A stretch of 64,000 nt of DNA from Corallococcus coralloides DSM 2259 (GTDB lineage: Bacteria; Myxococcota; Myxococcia; Myxococcales; Myxococcaceae), in the NCBI RefSeq assembly GCF_000255295.1, contig NC_017030.1:6358328-6422327 (forward strand), read 5' to 3'. The notes beneath the pieces were generated by a model, which saw nothing but the letters and a program-made list of their open reading frames with translations, did not search any database and was not told where the DNA came from. Position numbers and translations under genes: made by a program. Positions 1 to 8,384 of the stretch are shown here, piece by piece. How positions within the stretch are numbered: position 1 is the stretch's first letter; the number at the start of each line of letters is the position of its first letter.

Positions 1-825
1 CGCGGCCGGCTGCCAGACGTCCCCTGGCAGGGCGAACACCGGCCGGCCCTGCGCCTGCGCCGCCTCCGCCGTGTACAGCGCCCCGGAGCCCTCCCCCGCC
101 CGCATCACCAGCACCGCATCCGACGCGCCAGAAATGAGTCGGTTGCGCCGGGGGAAGGTCGTCGTGCTCGCCCGGACTCCCGGCGGCAGCTCGCTGAAGT
201 ACACCCCGCCCCGCTCGAGGAAGTGGGGCAGCAGCCGGGCCTGGGCGGGGTCCAACGCGTCCAGCGCGGAGCCCAGGAAGGCCCACGTCTCCGCGCCCAC
301 ATCCAGCGCGCCCCAGTGGCAGGCCCGGTCCACGCCCTCCGCCGCGCCCGACACCACCCCTACCCCGGCCTCCGCCACCTTCCGGGCGAACGTGCGCGCG
401 AACGGCAGGAAGCCCTGATCCGGATGACGGCTGCCCACCATCGCCAGCCTGCGCCGGGGAGGTCCCGGGTGGCCCAGGTAGAACAGCAGCGGAGGCGCGT
501 CCTCCAGCCCCACCAGCCGGGAGGGGTACGGCGGCGAGCCCGCGAAGGCCACCTGGAGGCCCGATTGGGCACAGGCCTCCTCCGTCCGGGACGCCAGGGC
601 GTCCAGCGATGCGACGGCGGCCAGCCGCTGACGGACGGTCGCGGGCACCGGCACGTCCGCCACCCAGTCCCGCACGGGCACGGCCGCGAGCCGGGACAGC
701 GCCCCACCCGCGAATGCGCGCACCGCATCCAACGTCCGGGGCCCCAGGCCGGCAATGGCCCAGAGCGCCAGGGTGGCGCGCTGCTCGTCCCAGTGTAGGT
801 GCGTATCCGTGTTCGTGTCCGCCAT
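1..825 (-). CDS. dprA: DNA processing protein DprA (Smf), partial; the C-terminal part runs off the window start
   Basis: Hand translation of the minus strand from ATG (cat at 823-825) gives MADTNTDTHLHWDEQRATLALWAIAGLGPRTLDAVRAF...RRLAMVGSRHPDQGFLPFARTFARKVAEAGVGVVSGAAEGVDRACHWGAL...RRNRLISGASDAVLVMRAGEGSGALYTAEAAQAQGRPVF. These are typical DprA Rossmann-fold motifs. It is absent from the ORF track because there is no stop before the window edge. High GC3 in this frame. Confidence 0.75.
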   Translation of the reverse strand, partial: MADTNTDTHLHWDEQRATLALWAIAGLGPRTLDAVRAFAGGALSRLAAVPVRDWVADVPVPATVRQRLAAVASLDALASRTEEACAQSGLQVAFAGSPPYPSRLVGLEDAPPLLFYLGHPGPPRRRLAMVGSRHPDQGFLPFARTFARKVAEAGVGVVSGAAEGVDRACHWGALDVGAETWAFLGSALDALDPAQARLLPHFLERGGVYFSELPPGVRASTTTFPRRNRLISGASDAVLVMRAGEGSGALYTAEAAQAQGRPVFALPGDVWQPAA

Positions 826-911
826 GCCGTCCCCCGCCTGTTTCCCACCTATATAGAGGTGGTCCCGGGAGGGGCGTGACACATAACACCGGTTCTTCGG
901 GGGTCAAGCGA

Positions 912-930
912 CCCGCCCTTCCCGGGCGGG
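912..930 (-). terminator. GC-rich hairpin (CCCGCCC-ttccc-GGGCGGG) downstream of the LysM gene
   Basis: 7-bp perfect GC stem with a 5-nt loop, 37 bp past the stop of the minus-strand LysM gene. Confidence 0.3.
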
Positions 931-966
931 CCGGAATGCAGCATTCCTGCCGATCGCCGCCCTGGG

Positions 967-2181
967 TCAGCGGCTGGCGGTGGGCGTTCCGTCCTTGCGC
1001 ATGGTGGCGCGGTCGCCCGCGGAGACCTCCACCATGGAGCGGGTCATCAGGCAGTTGGAGGTGCGCTCACGCACTTCCGTGACCATGCACTGGGCCACGG
1101 CCTCCCAGGGGTAGGTCTTCTGGCCCTTGCCCGCGTCGCCCATCTTGTAGTCGCTGCGGCCGAGCACATCCAGGCTGGGGTCACCCCGGCGCTCGATGGT
1201 GAAGGTGTTGCCCACCTGCACGCCGTCCGCGGTGCCGCGGTCCACGACGACGAAGTTGTGCTCGCCCAGCAGCGTCTGGCCCGGCGTCATCGGCGTGAGC
1301 ACGAAGCCGGGGATCTCCTTGCTGTTGGGCTTGGGGGAGATGCGCTCCGACAGCTTCTCGCTGGAGGGGCCCACCAGGTCGCCGCGGGAGATGGGGTCCC
1401 ACGTCTCCATGATGCGCGCGGTGACCACGTCGTTGTTGATGGAGACGACCTGCACCGTGCCCAGCAGCTCCGTGAGGTAGCCCGTGCGCGCGTTCGTCAC
1501 CGGGTGCTTCACCTCTTCCACGGTGTGGAAGATGACGTAGCGGTCGCCAATCTTGGCGGCGCCGCGCTTCTTGAAGCGCAGGTAGACCTTCTCCGGAGCG
1601 GAGAGCATCAGCGCCTCGGAGGTGGAGCCCTCGATGCGGCCCGCCTCGTCCAGCTCGCGCGTCGTCACGAAGCCCTTGGTCGTCACCGGGCTGGACTTGG
1701 ACGGGTCGTAGCCGATCTTCCCGACCACCGACACCAGGCTGCCGCCGCTCACGTCTGTGGGCGCCGCCACGTCGTCGGAGGGCAGGTCGCCGCCCTCCAC
1801 GCGCGCGGGCACCTCTTCGCCACCCGGGAAGAACTTCACGTTGTTGCCCGGATAGATCCAGTGCGGGTTGGCGATCTGCGGGTTGTAGGACCAGACCTTG
1901 GGCCAGTACCAGGGGCTGCCCAGGTAGCGCTGGGACAGGTCCCACAGCGTGTCGCCCGTCTCCACGGTGTGCACCTGGCCGGGCGCGCTCTCACGGCCCT
2001 GCGCGGCGCCGGGGGGCAGCGTGACGGAGGTAGGGCGCTGCTCTACGTCGTCGGAGATGTCCTGCCCTTCCGTTTCGGAGGCGGGCTGGGGTTCCTCCTC
2101 CTGCGCGTCCTGGGCGAAAGCCGTCCATGCCGGCGCGACGGTGAGGGGCACGAGCAGGGAGGCGAGGATCCGGGAGCGCAT
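967..2181 (-). CDS. Secreted LysM domain-containing protein
   Basis: LysM signature GDTLWDLSQRYLGSPWYWPKVWSYNPQIANPHWIYPGNNV. Start trimmed to MRSRILASLLVPLTVAPAWTAFAQ (signal peptide; cat at 2179-2181). Confidence 0.75.
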   Translation of the reverse strand: MRSRILASLLVPLTVAPAWTAFAQDAQEEEPQPASETEGQDISDDVEQRPTSVTLPPGAAQGRESAPGQVHTVETGDTLWDLSQRYLGSPWYWPKVWSYNPQIANPHWIYPGNNVKFFPGGEEVPARVEGGDLPSDDVAAPTDVSGGSLVSVVGKIGYDPSKSSPVTTKGFVTTRELDEAGRIEGSTSEALMLSAPEKVYLRFKKRGAAKIGDRYVIFHTVEEVKHPVTNARTGYLTELLGTVQVVSINNDVVTARIMETWDPISRGDLVGPSSEKLSERISPKPNSKEIPGFVLTPMTPGQTLLGEHNFVVVDRGTADGVQVGNTFTIERRGDPSLDVLGRSDYKMGDAGKGQKTYPWEAVAQCMVTEVRERTSNCLMTRSMVEVSAGDRATMRKDGTPTASR

Positions 2182-2206
2182 CGGACGACTTCCTTTCACA
2201 AAAGGC

Positions 2207-3082
2207 TTACGGCGAGAGCGCGGCGAGCCGCTGCTCCGCCTGCGTGGCGGCGGCCGTCCCCGGGAACTGGGTGACGACGCGGGTATAGAGGGCTCGGGCA
2301 TCCACGGCCTGGTTCAGCCGCACCCGGCACTCCGCGAGCCGGAGCATGCCGTCCTGGACGGCATCCCCAGCGGGGTAGTTCTTGATGAGCTTCTCGAACG
2401 TCTTGGCCGCGCCGGCCGCGTCCTTGAGCCCCATCTGGCCCAGGCCGCTGAAGTACAGGGCGTTGTCGGCGCGGGGGTGGCGCGGGTTCTCCGCCGCGAA
2501 GCGCGTGAGGGTCTCCACGCCGCCTTCCACGTTGCCGGTGCGCAGCATGGCCACCGCGCGCTCGTATTCGGCGTCGAGGATGTCCGGATCCTTCTCCGGC
2601 GGCTCCATGCGAGCGGCCGTCGAGGCGCTGATGGAGCCCACCGACCCGGTCCCGTTCGAGCCCTCCACCGGGGAGATGAACATCTCCATCTGGTCCGAGT
2701 CCGGCTCCACCACCGCCACCGCCGTGTTGATGCGCGGCGCGGGTTCCTTCTTCGGCTTGAGCCGCACCACCGTCAGCTCCGCGGGCGCCAGGCTCAGCGC
2801 CTCGCCACCTTCGGGCGAGGCGGCCTCCGGCTTCGTGCTCGCGGTGGCCTTCGGCGACGCCGCGGCGGGGGCCGGGGTGGCGGCGCGGGCGCGCGAGACG
2901 GCGTCGCGGTTCTCCAGCCGTTCCAGGCGCTCCAGCAGCGACGCCTGGGACGCGCGCAGCGTGCGCACCTCCGCCTCCAGCCGGCCCACTTCCGACTGCG
3001 AAGCAGCGGTGGTGGCGCAGGCGGTCGGCGCGGACAGCGCGACGGCGGCAAACAAGCGGAAGAGGAAGGGACGCACCGGCAC
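2207..3082 (-). CDS. cpoB: Tol-Pal system protein YbgF/CpoB (coiled-coil plus TPR)
   Basis: Signal peptide, coiled-coil segment (RLEAEVRTLRASQASLLERLERLE), C-terminal TPR-like region (YERAVAMLRTGNVEGG...RALYTRVVTQFPGT). Confidence 0.7.
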   Translation of the reverse strand: MPVRPFLFRLFAAVALSAPTACATTAASQSEVGRLEAEVRTLRASQASLLERLERLENRDAVSRARAATPAPAAASPKATASTKPEAASPEGGEALSLAPAELTVVRLKPKKEPAPRINTAVAVVEPDSDQMEMFISPVEGSNGTGSVGSISASTAARMEPPEKDPDILDAEYERAVAMLRTGNVEGGVETLTRFAAENPRHPRADNALYFSGLGQMGLKDAAGAAKTFEKLIKNYPAGDAVQDGMLRLAECRVRLNQAVDARALYTRVVTQFPGTAAATQAEQRLAALSP

Positions 3083-3164
3083 GAGCCTGGACGGAGGGAA
3101 TTCCAGGTCGAGGATAGGAAGGCCGGTCGGAGACCGTCAAGAAAACGACCCCGGCGGGCCTCCG

Positions 3165-3923
3165 CTAGAAGCGGTGCAGCACGTAGTTGAGGTGACGCCC
3201 GGTGCGCCCCGCGTCCCGGCGGTGGGAGAAGAACCGGTCCGGATCACACGCCGTACAGGCCTGTAGCACGTCCACGTGCTCCGGCGTCAGGCCCGCCTTC
3301 AGGAGGGACGCCTTCACTGCACGTGGCAGGTCCAGGTGCGGCTTGTCCCCCGCACGGACGACGTCCGGGCCGAAGCGCGCGCGGAAGCGGTCGCCCAGCT
3401 CCGGGGACACCTCGTAGCAGCACGCCTGGATGCAGGGGCCCACCGCCGCCAGCAGGTCCTCCGGCCGGCTGCCCCGCGCCACCAGCGTCTCCACCGTGCG
3501 GGCGCTGATCTCCAGGTCCGTGCCCTTCCATCCGGAGTGCACCGCCGCCACGCGCTTGCCTCGCGGATCCACGATGAGCACCGGCACGCAGTCCGCGGTG
3601 CCCACCGCCACCCAGCTGCCCTCCCCTTCCGTCCACAGCGCGTCCGCTTCGCCCAGCGTCGGGCGCAGCACGTCGTCGGACTCACCGCGCGCCTCCAGCA
3701 CCCTGTCGCCGTGCACCTGCGACACCCGGCAGAGCGCGCCCAGACGCGCGCCCGCGGCCCGGGCCAGAAGTCGGTGGTTCTCCTCCACCCGGGAGCGCTC
3801 GTCGTTCACGGAGAAGCCCAGGTTCAGCGACGCGTAGGGCCCTTCGGACACCCCACCCGCGCGCGTGGCGAAGCCGTGCGGCACCGGCAGCAGTTCGGAC
3901 GTGAGGAACACGGGCGGGGTCAT
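3165..3923 (-). CDS. pgeF: Peptidoglycan editing factor PgeF (YfiH/DUF152, laccase-domain protein)
   Basis: Motifs HGxxV, GTADCVPVL, VHSGWKG, CIQACCYEV. Start at MTPPVFLTSELL (cat at 3921-3923). Confidence 0.8.
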   Translation of the reverse strand: MTPPVFLTSELLPVPHGFATRAGGVSEGPYASLNLGFSVNDERSRVEENHRLLARAAGARLGALCRVSQVHGDRVLEARGESDDVLRPTLGEADALWTEGEGSWVAVGTADCVPVLIVDPRGKRVAAVHSGWKGTDLEISARTVETLVARGSRPEDLLAAVGPCIQACCYEVSPELGDRFRARFGPDVVRAGDKPHLDLPRAVKASLLKAGLTPEHVDVLQACTACDPDRFFSHRRDAGRTGRHLNYVLHRF

Positions 3924-4049
3924 GGGTGGATTTCCTATCACCGGGCTCGGTTTTCGGGAGTGCGCCCACCGTGTCACGGGTACAGCCCGTGAAAACAGGA
4001 AACCGCCGGGAACCCACACCCTCGTTTCAATATTTCGACACCGGTACGT

Positions 4050-6065
4050 TTGACAGGGCGTGTCATGCCCCTGACAATTTTCAACACTCCGTCACTCGCG
4101 GACAGAACGCGAGTGCACGAAGCACACTGCGCCCCGCACATGGCCCTCGGTTCCGAGACGATTGGCAGGAAGCTCTTGTGGAGCATCGCGCTGCCCGGGT
4201 TGGTGGTGGCGCTCCTGGGCGTGGGCCACTTCTCGCGCGAGGCCCGACAGGCAGTGCGGGAAGGCACGCATCTGGAGGCGCTCGCGCTGGCGGAGGCCGT
4301 CGCCTCCACCTTCACGCTGCCGCAGGCGCCGGGCGCGGCTCCCCATGGCGCGGTGGCGGAGGTGCTGGCGTCGGACACGCGGCTGTTCCGCTCCGTGGAG
4401 GACCTGCGCGTCCTGACGCCGGAGGGGCGCATCCGCTGGAGCCGGCGGCCGGCCGAGCAGGGCCACCCGCACCCGGAGGCCTCGCGGCTGTCCGCGACGG
4501 GGCCGGAGACGGCGCGCTCCAGCGACCACGGCACGGAGGTGGTGCGGCCCCTGGGCGGTCCGGAGTGCTCCGGCTGTCACACCGGCGAGGCCGCGCAGCG
4601 CATGGGCGTGCTCCAGGTGCGCATGGGTGAGCCCGCGCTGACCCGCCAGCTCCAGACGGTGTTCCAGGACGCGCTGGGCGCGATGGTGCTCTTCGTGGGC
4701 ATCCTGGGGCTCGTCACCTGGCTGTCCCTGCGCTTCGTGCTCACCGCGCCGCTCAAGCGCCTGAGCGAGGCCATGGGCCGCGCGGCGGACGGCGACCTGC
4801 TGGTGCGCGCGGAGGCCCGGGGCACGGATGAGATTTCGCGGCTGGGCGCGGCCTTCAACCAGATGCTCGCGCGGCTCACCTCCATGAAGGTGGAGGAGAT
4901 CGACACGCACCGCGACCTCCAGCTGGTGAAGGAGAAGCTGGCGCTGAAGGACGAGCTGGAGGAGCGCCTGACGGAGCTGTCGCTGCTGTTCGACGTGGCC
5001 CGCTCGCTCAACACCACGTTGGAGCTGGACGAGCTGTTGTCGCGCATCACCCGCATGGTGGTGGAGCGGCTGCACATCCCGGACTTCTCCATCATGCTCC
5101 TCAACGAGGAGGGCCTGCTGGAGGTGAAGCACGCGTGGCCGCAGGGCCGGGGCCTGGAGGGCCACACCTTCGCCATGGGCGAGGGCGCGTGCGGCCGGGC
5201 CGCCCAGGCGCGCAAGGCGGTGTACCTGCCGGACCTCACGGACAGCACCAGCGTCTTCGCGCGGCGCGGGCTGCGCGGCGGCTCGGAGCAGGGCTCGCTG
5301 CTGGCGGTGCCCATGGTGCACGCGGACACGCTCCTGGGCGTCATCAACTTCCAGCGCCCGGAGACGGCGAGCATCTCCGCGGAGGAGATCGAGCTCTTCA
5401 CCGCGGTGGCGGATCAGGCCGCGACGGCGGTGACGAACGCGCGCCTGCACGCGGAGACGGTGAAGCTCACGCTGACGGACGCGCTCACGGGCGTGCCCAA
5501 CCGCCGCCACCTCTTCCAGCGGATGGACCTGGAGCTGGCGCGGGCCCAGCGCTTCGGCGTGCCCATGGCACTGCTGATGGTGGACGTGGACCACTTCAAG
5601 CGGCTCAACGACCTGGCCGGACACCGCGCCGGGGACGAGACGCTGCGCCGGGTCTCCGACGTGCTCCGGAACCGCGCGCGCAAGGTGGACACGCTGGGGC
5701 GCTACGGCGGCGAGGAGTTCGTGCTGCTGCTGCCGCAGGTGTCCAAGGCCACGGCGGTGGAGGTGGCGGAGACGCTGCGCCGCGCTGTGGCGGACTCCGT
5801 CACGCTCAGCCGTCCGGGGCTGCCCGGAGGGCACGTCACGGTGTCCATCGGCGTGGCGCACTTCCCCACGGACGCGACGTCGCAGGACATGCTGGTGGAC
5901 TGCGCGGACTCGGCGCTCTATTGCAGCAAGCGGACGGGCCGCAACCGCGTGACGGCGTTCGAGCCCGGCATGGAGGTCCACCCCGGCCGCGAGCGCAGCA
6001 TCAGCACGCCGCCCGCGGACGCACCCTCCACGCCGCCCGCGCCCTCCGGCATCGCGAAGGCCTGA
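4050..6065 (+). CDS. Membrane sensor diguanylate cyclase (TM, periplasmic loop with CxxCH, TM, HAMP, GAF, GGDEF)
   Basis: GGEEF motif (RYGGEEFVLLLPQ). Two TM helices flank a ~150-aa loop containing GGPECSGCHTGEAA. HAMP-like LKRLSEAMGRAADGDL. GAF region. The alternative start MALGSE at 4140 is equally plausible. Confidence 0.85.
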   Translation: MTGRVMPLTIFNTPSLADRTRVHEAHCAPHMALGSETIGRKLLWSIALPGLVVALLGVGHFSREARQAVREGTHLEALALAEAVASTFTLPQAPGAAPHGAVAEVLASDTRLFRSVEDLRVLTPEGRIRWSRRPAEQGHPHPEASRLSATGPETARSSDHGTEVVRPLGGPECSGCHTGEAAQRMGVLQVRMGEPALTRQLQTVFQDALGAMVLFVGILGLVTWLSLRFVLTAPLKRLSEAMGRAADGDLLVRAEARGTDEISRLGAAFNQMLARLTSMKVEEIDTHRDLQLVKEKLALKDELEERLTELSLLFDVARSLNTTLELDELLSRITRMVVERLHIPDFSIMLLNEEGLLEVKHAWPQGRGLEGHTFAMGEGACGRAAQARKAVYLPDLTDSTSVFARRGLRGGSEQGSLLAVPMVHADTLLGVINFQRPETASISAEEIELFTAVADQAATAVTNARLHAETVKLTLTDALTGVPNRRHLFQRMDLELARAQRFGVPMALLMVDVDHFKRLNDLAGHRAGDETLRRVSDVLRNRARKVDTLGRYGGEEFVLLLPQVSKATAVEVAETLRRAVADSVTLSRPGLPGGHVTVSIGVAHFPTDATSQDMLVDCADSALYCSKRTGRNRVTAFEPGMEVHPGRERSISTPPADAPSTPPAPSGIAKA

Positions 6066-6125
6066 GCGCGGGGCGTGAAAGGCGCCCTGCCCTGCGCCTC
6101 CGGTCTCCGGTCCCCGAGCAGGGGC

Positions 6126-6719
6126 CTACCGCCGCACGAGCGTGCGGACCACGGGGAGCATCAGGTCCGCCCACTCCTCGTAGCCCTCCGCGGACGGGTG
6201 GAAGCCATCCGAGCAGAAGAAGTCCGGGCGCCGGGGGATCATCTCCCGGCTGGCCGTGTAGAGGTCCACCAGGTGGAGCCCGTGAGAGCGGGCCACGGAG
6301 GCGATGGCGTCGTTGAACTGCTCGATGCGCCCTTCGTACAGCGCGCTGGGCACCATCTTCGCCACCGGCGCGAGCGCCATGTCCGCCAGGTTCACCACCA
6401 CCATGGACGCGCCCGTCTGCTTCAGCCGCCGGGCGATGCGGTCCAGGTCGTCCTGGAACTCCGCCACCTCGGTGCCGCGCCAGATGTCGTTGGTGCCCAC
6501 GCCCAGGGTGATGAGCGTGGGCTGCAACGCGATGACGCGCTTGAGGGCATTGTTGACGATGTCGCGCACGCGCGCACCGCTCTGCCCCAGGTTGGTATGG
6601 CCCACGGGGAGGCCGCCCTTCCGGAGGCGGGAGGCGAGCCGGTCGGGATAGCCCCCGCCCTGCGACGCCCCCACCCCCACCGCCGTGCTGTCACCCAACG
6701 AGACGTAGTTGACGCTCAT
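6126..6719 (-). CDS. SGNH/GDSL-family hydrolase
   Basis: N-terminal GDSxxxG (SLGDSTAVG), TNDIW block, DGFHPSAEGY (catalytic His block). Confidence 0.8.
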   Translation of the reverse strand: MSVNYVSLGDSTAVGVGASQGGGYPDRLASRLRKGGLPVGHTNLGQSGARVRDIVNNALKRVIALQPTLITLGVGTNDIWRGTEVAEFQDDLDRIARRLKQTGASMVVVNLADMALAPVAKMVPSALYEGRIEQFNDAIASVARSHGLHLVDLYTASREMIPRRPDFFCSDGFHPSAEGYEEWADLMLPVVRTLVRR

Positions 6720-6783
6720 CGACCTTCGTCCACCCCCGTGTTCAAACCGTTGAACTGAATCCCCAGGCCCTGCCGTCCTGCGC

Positions 6784-8283
6784 TCAGGGCACGGTCAGCG
6801 CGCGCAGCAGGCGTCCGCCACCCGGGCCGGCCACGCGCAACAGCAGCGTGCTGCCCTTGGGCGCGGCGCGGATGGCCGCGGCCAGCTCCTTCGCGCTCGC
6901 GATGGGCTTCTTGTTCGCCTCCACCACCAGCATGCCCGGCGTCAGCTGAGCGCGGTCCGCGGGCGAGCCCGGGACGATGTCCGTGATGAGGGCGCCGGCG
7001 CGCTCGGTGAAGCCCGCCTGGGACGCCGTGCGGGCATCCAGGTCCTGCAGGGACACGCCCACGCGGCGCGAGCTGTCCTGCTCGTCGGTGGCCCCCGGCT
7101 TCTTCTTGGACAGGCCCTCCAGGTCCGGCCGGGTGCCCATGGTCACCTTGACGTCCTGCTTCTTGCCGTCGCGGTAGAGGGTCAGCGTGGCGACGGAGTT
7201 GGGCTTCTTGAGCGCCACGGTGCGGGTGAGCTCGCTGTCGGAGCGCACCTGCTTGCCGTCCACGGCCACCACCACGTCGTCCGGCTTGAGCCCGGCCTTC
7301 GCCGCCGGGGAGTCGGGGGTGATCTGCGTGAGGATGGCGCCCTCGCTCACCGACAGCTTCAGCGCCTGGCCCAGCTCGCGCGTGAGGGGCTGGATGCCCA
7401 CGCCCAGCCAGCCGCGGGTGACGGCGCCCTCCTTCTCCAGCTGCGGCAGCAGCGCCTTGATGAGGTTGCTGGGCACGGAGAAGCCGATGCCCGTGCCGCC
7501 GCCGACGATGGCGGTGTTGATGCCCACCACCTCGCCCTTCATGTTGAAGAGCGGGCCGCCGGAATTGCCGGGGTTGATGGCCGCGTCCGTCTGCAGGAAG
7601 TCGTCGTACACGCTGGCGCCGATTTCACGGGCGCGCGCGGACAGGATGCCCACGCTCACGCTGGAGGCCAGGCCGAACGGGTTGCCGATGGCCAGCACCC
7701 AGTCGCCCACGCGCACGGCGTCCGAGTCGCCCAGCTTCACGGAGGGGAGCTGATCCACCTTCTCCTTGATCTTCACCACGGCCACGTCGGTGAGCGGGTC
7801 GCGGCCCACCACCTCGCCCGTGAACGAACGGCCGTCGTCCAGGCGGATGGTGATGGTGACCGCGTCCTCGATGACGTGGTTGTTGGTGAGCACCAGGCCC
7901 TTGGGGTCGATGATGAAGCCGGACCCGGCGCCCTGGCGGATCTGCTCGCGCTCGCTGCGGCCGCCGCGGCCCCTCCCGTTGCCTCCGAAGAACCGGTCGA
8001 AGAGCGGGTTGTCCTCCATGCCCTCGGGCATCTCCGGACGGGCCTGCACGTCCACGTTCACCACGGCGGACTTCACCGACTCCACCAGGGGCGCCAGGGA
8101 GGCCAGCGACTGGGCCTCACGCGTGGCGGGCTGGAGGTTGCCGGCCTGACCGGAGGCCGCCTGCTGCGTCTTGGGCGCGGGCGGCTGGGGAGCGGGAGCC
8201 TGCGCGAGGGCGAGCGTGGGCGACGCCAACACCAGCACGGCGGCCACGAGCTTGCGACGGAACGGAGGGAGCGTGTGGGTCAT
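6784..8283 (-). CDS. htrA: Periplasmic serine endoprotease DegP/HtrA (trypsin domain plus two PDZ domains)
   Basis: Signal peptide, GSGFIIDPKGLVLTNNHV, TDAAINPGNSGGPL, two PDZ-like regions. Confidence 0.9.
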   Translation of the reverse strand: MTHTLPPFRRKLVAAVLVLASPTLALAQAPAPQPPAPKTQQAASGQAGNLQPATREAQSLASLAPLVESVKSAVVNVDVQARPEMPEGMEDNPLFDRFFGGNGRGRGGRSEREQIRQGAGSGFIIDPKGLVLTNNHVIEDAVTITIRLDDGRSFTGEVVGRDPLTDVAVVKIKEKVDQLPSVKLGDSDAVRVGDWVLAIGNPFGLASSVSVGILSARAREIGASVYDDFLQTDAAINPGNSGGPLFNMKGEVVGINTAIVGGGTGIGFSVPSNLIKALLPQLEKEGAVTRGWLGVGIQPLTRELGQALKLSVSEGAILTQITPDSPAAKAGLKPDDVVVAVDGKQVRSDSELTRTVALKKPNSVATLTLYRDGKKQDVKVTMGTRPDLEGLSKKKPGATDEQDSSRRVGVSLQDLDARTASQAGFTERAGALITDIVPGSPADRAQLTPGMLVVEANKKPIASAKELAAAIRAAPKGSTLLLRVAGPGGGRLLRALTVP

Positions 8284-8384
8284 GGATTCCTCAACCTAAA
8301 GCGGAAACGAAGCCCCGCAACCGGAACGACAGTGTCCGGTGACGGAAGGTGAACCCCCGGCCCGGCCGCCTGTTCCCGGACCGC

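Noticed and set aside
223-798. 191-aa plus-strand ORF (and 360..848 minus)
   Set aside because: Superseded by the clear DprA reading in the other minus frame.
3924-4049. Searched for a tRNA or other structured RNA in intergenic gaps (3924-4049, 12614-12742, 20600-20743, 43726-44058, 58665-58794)
   Set aside because: No cloverleaf-compatible segments or conserved T-loop/anticodon patterns were seen. Only the 30620-30918 gap showed RNA-like features (6S candidate).
4092-5981. 629-aa minus-strand ORF
   Set aside because: Antisense to the GGDEF cyclase.
6075-6758. 227-aa plus-strand ORF
   Set aside because: Antisense to the GDSL hydrolase gene.
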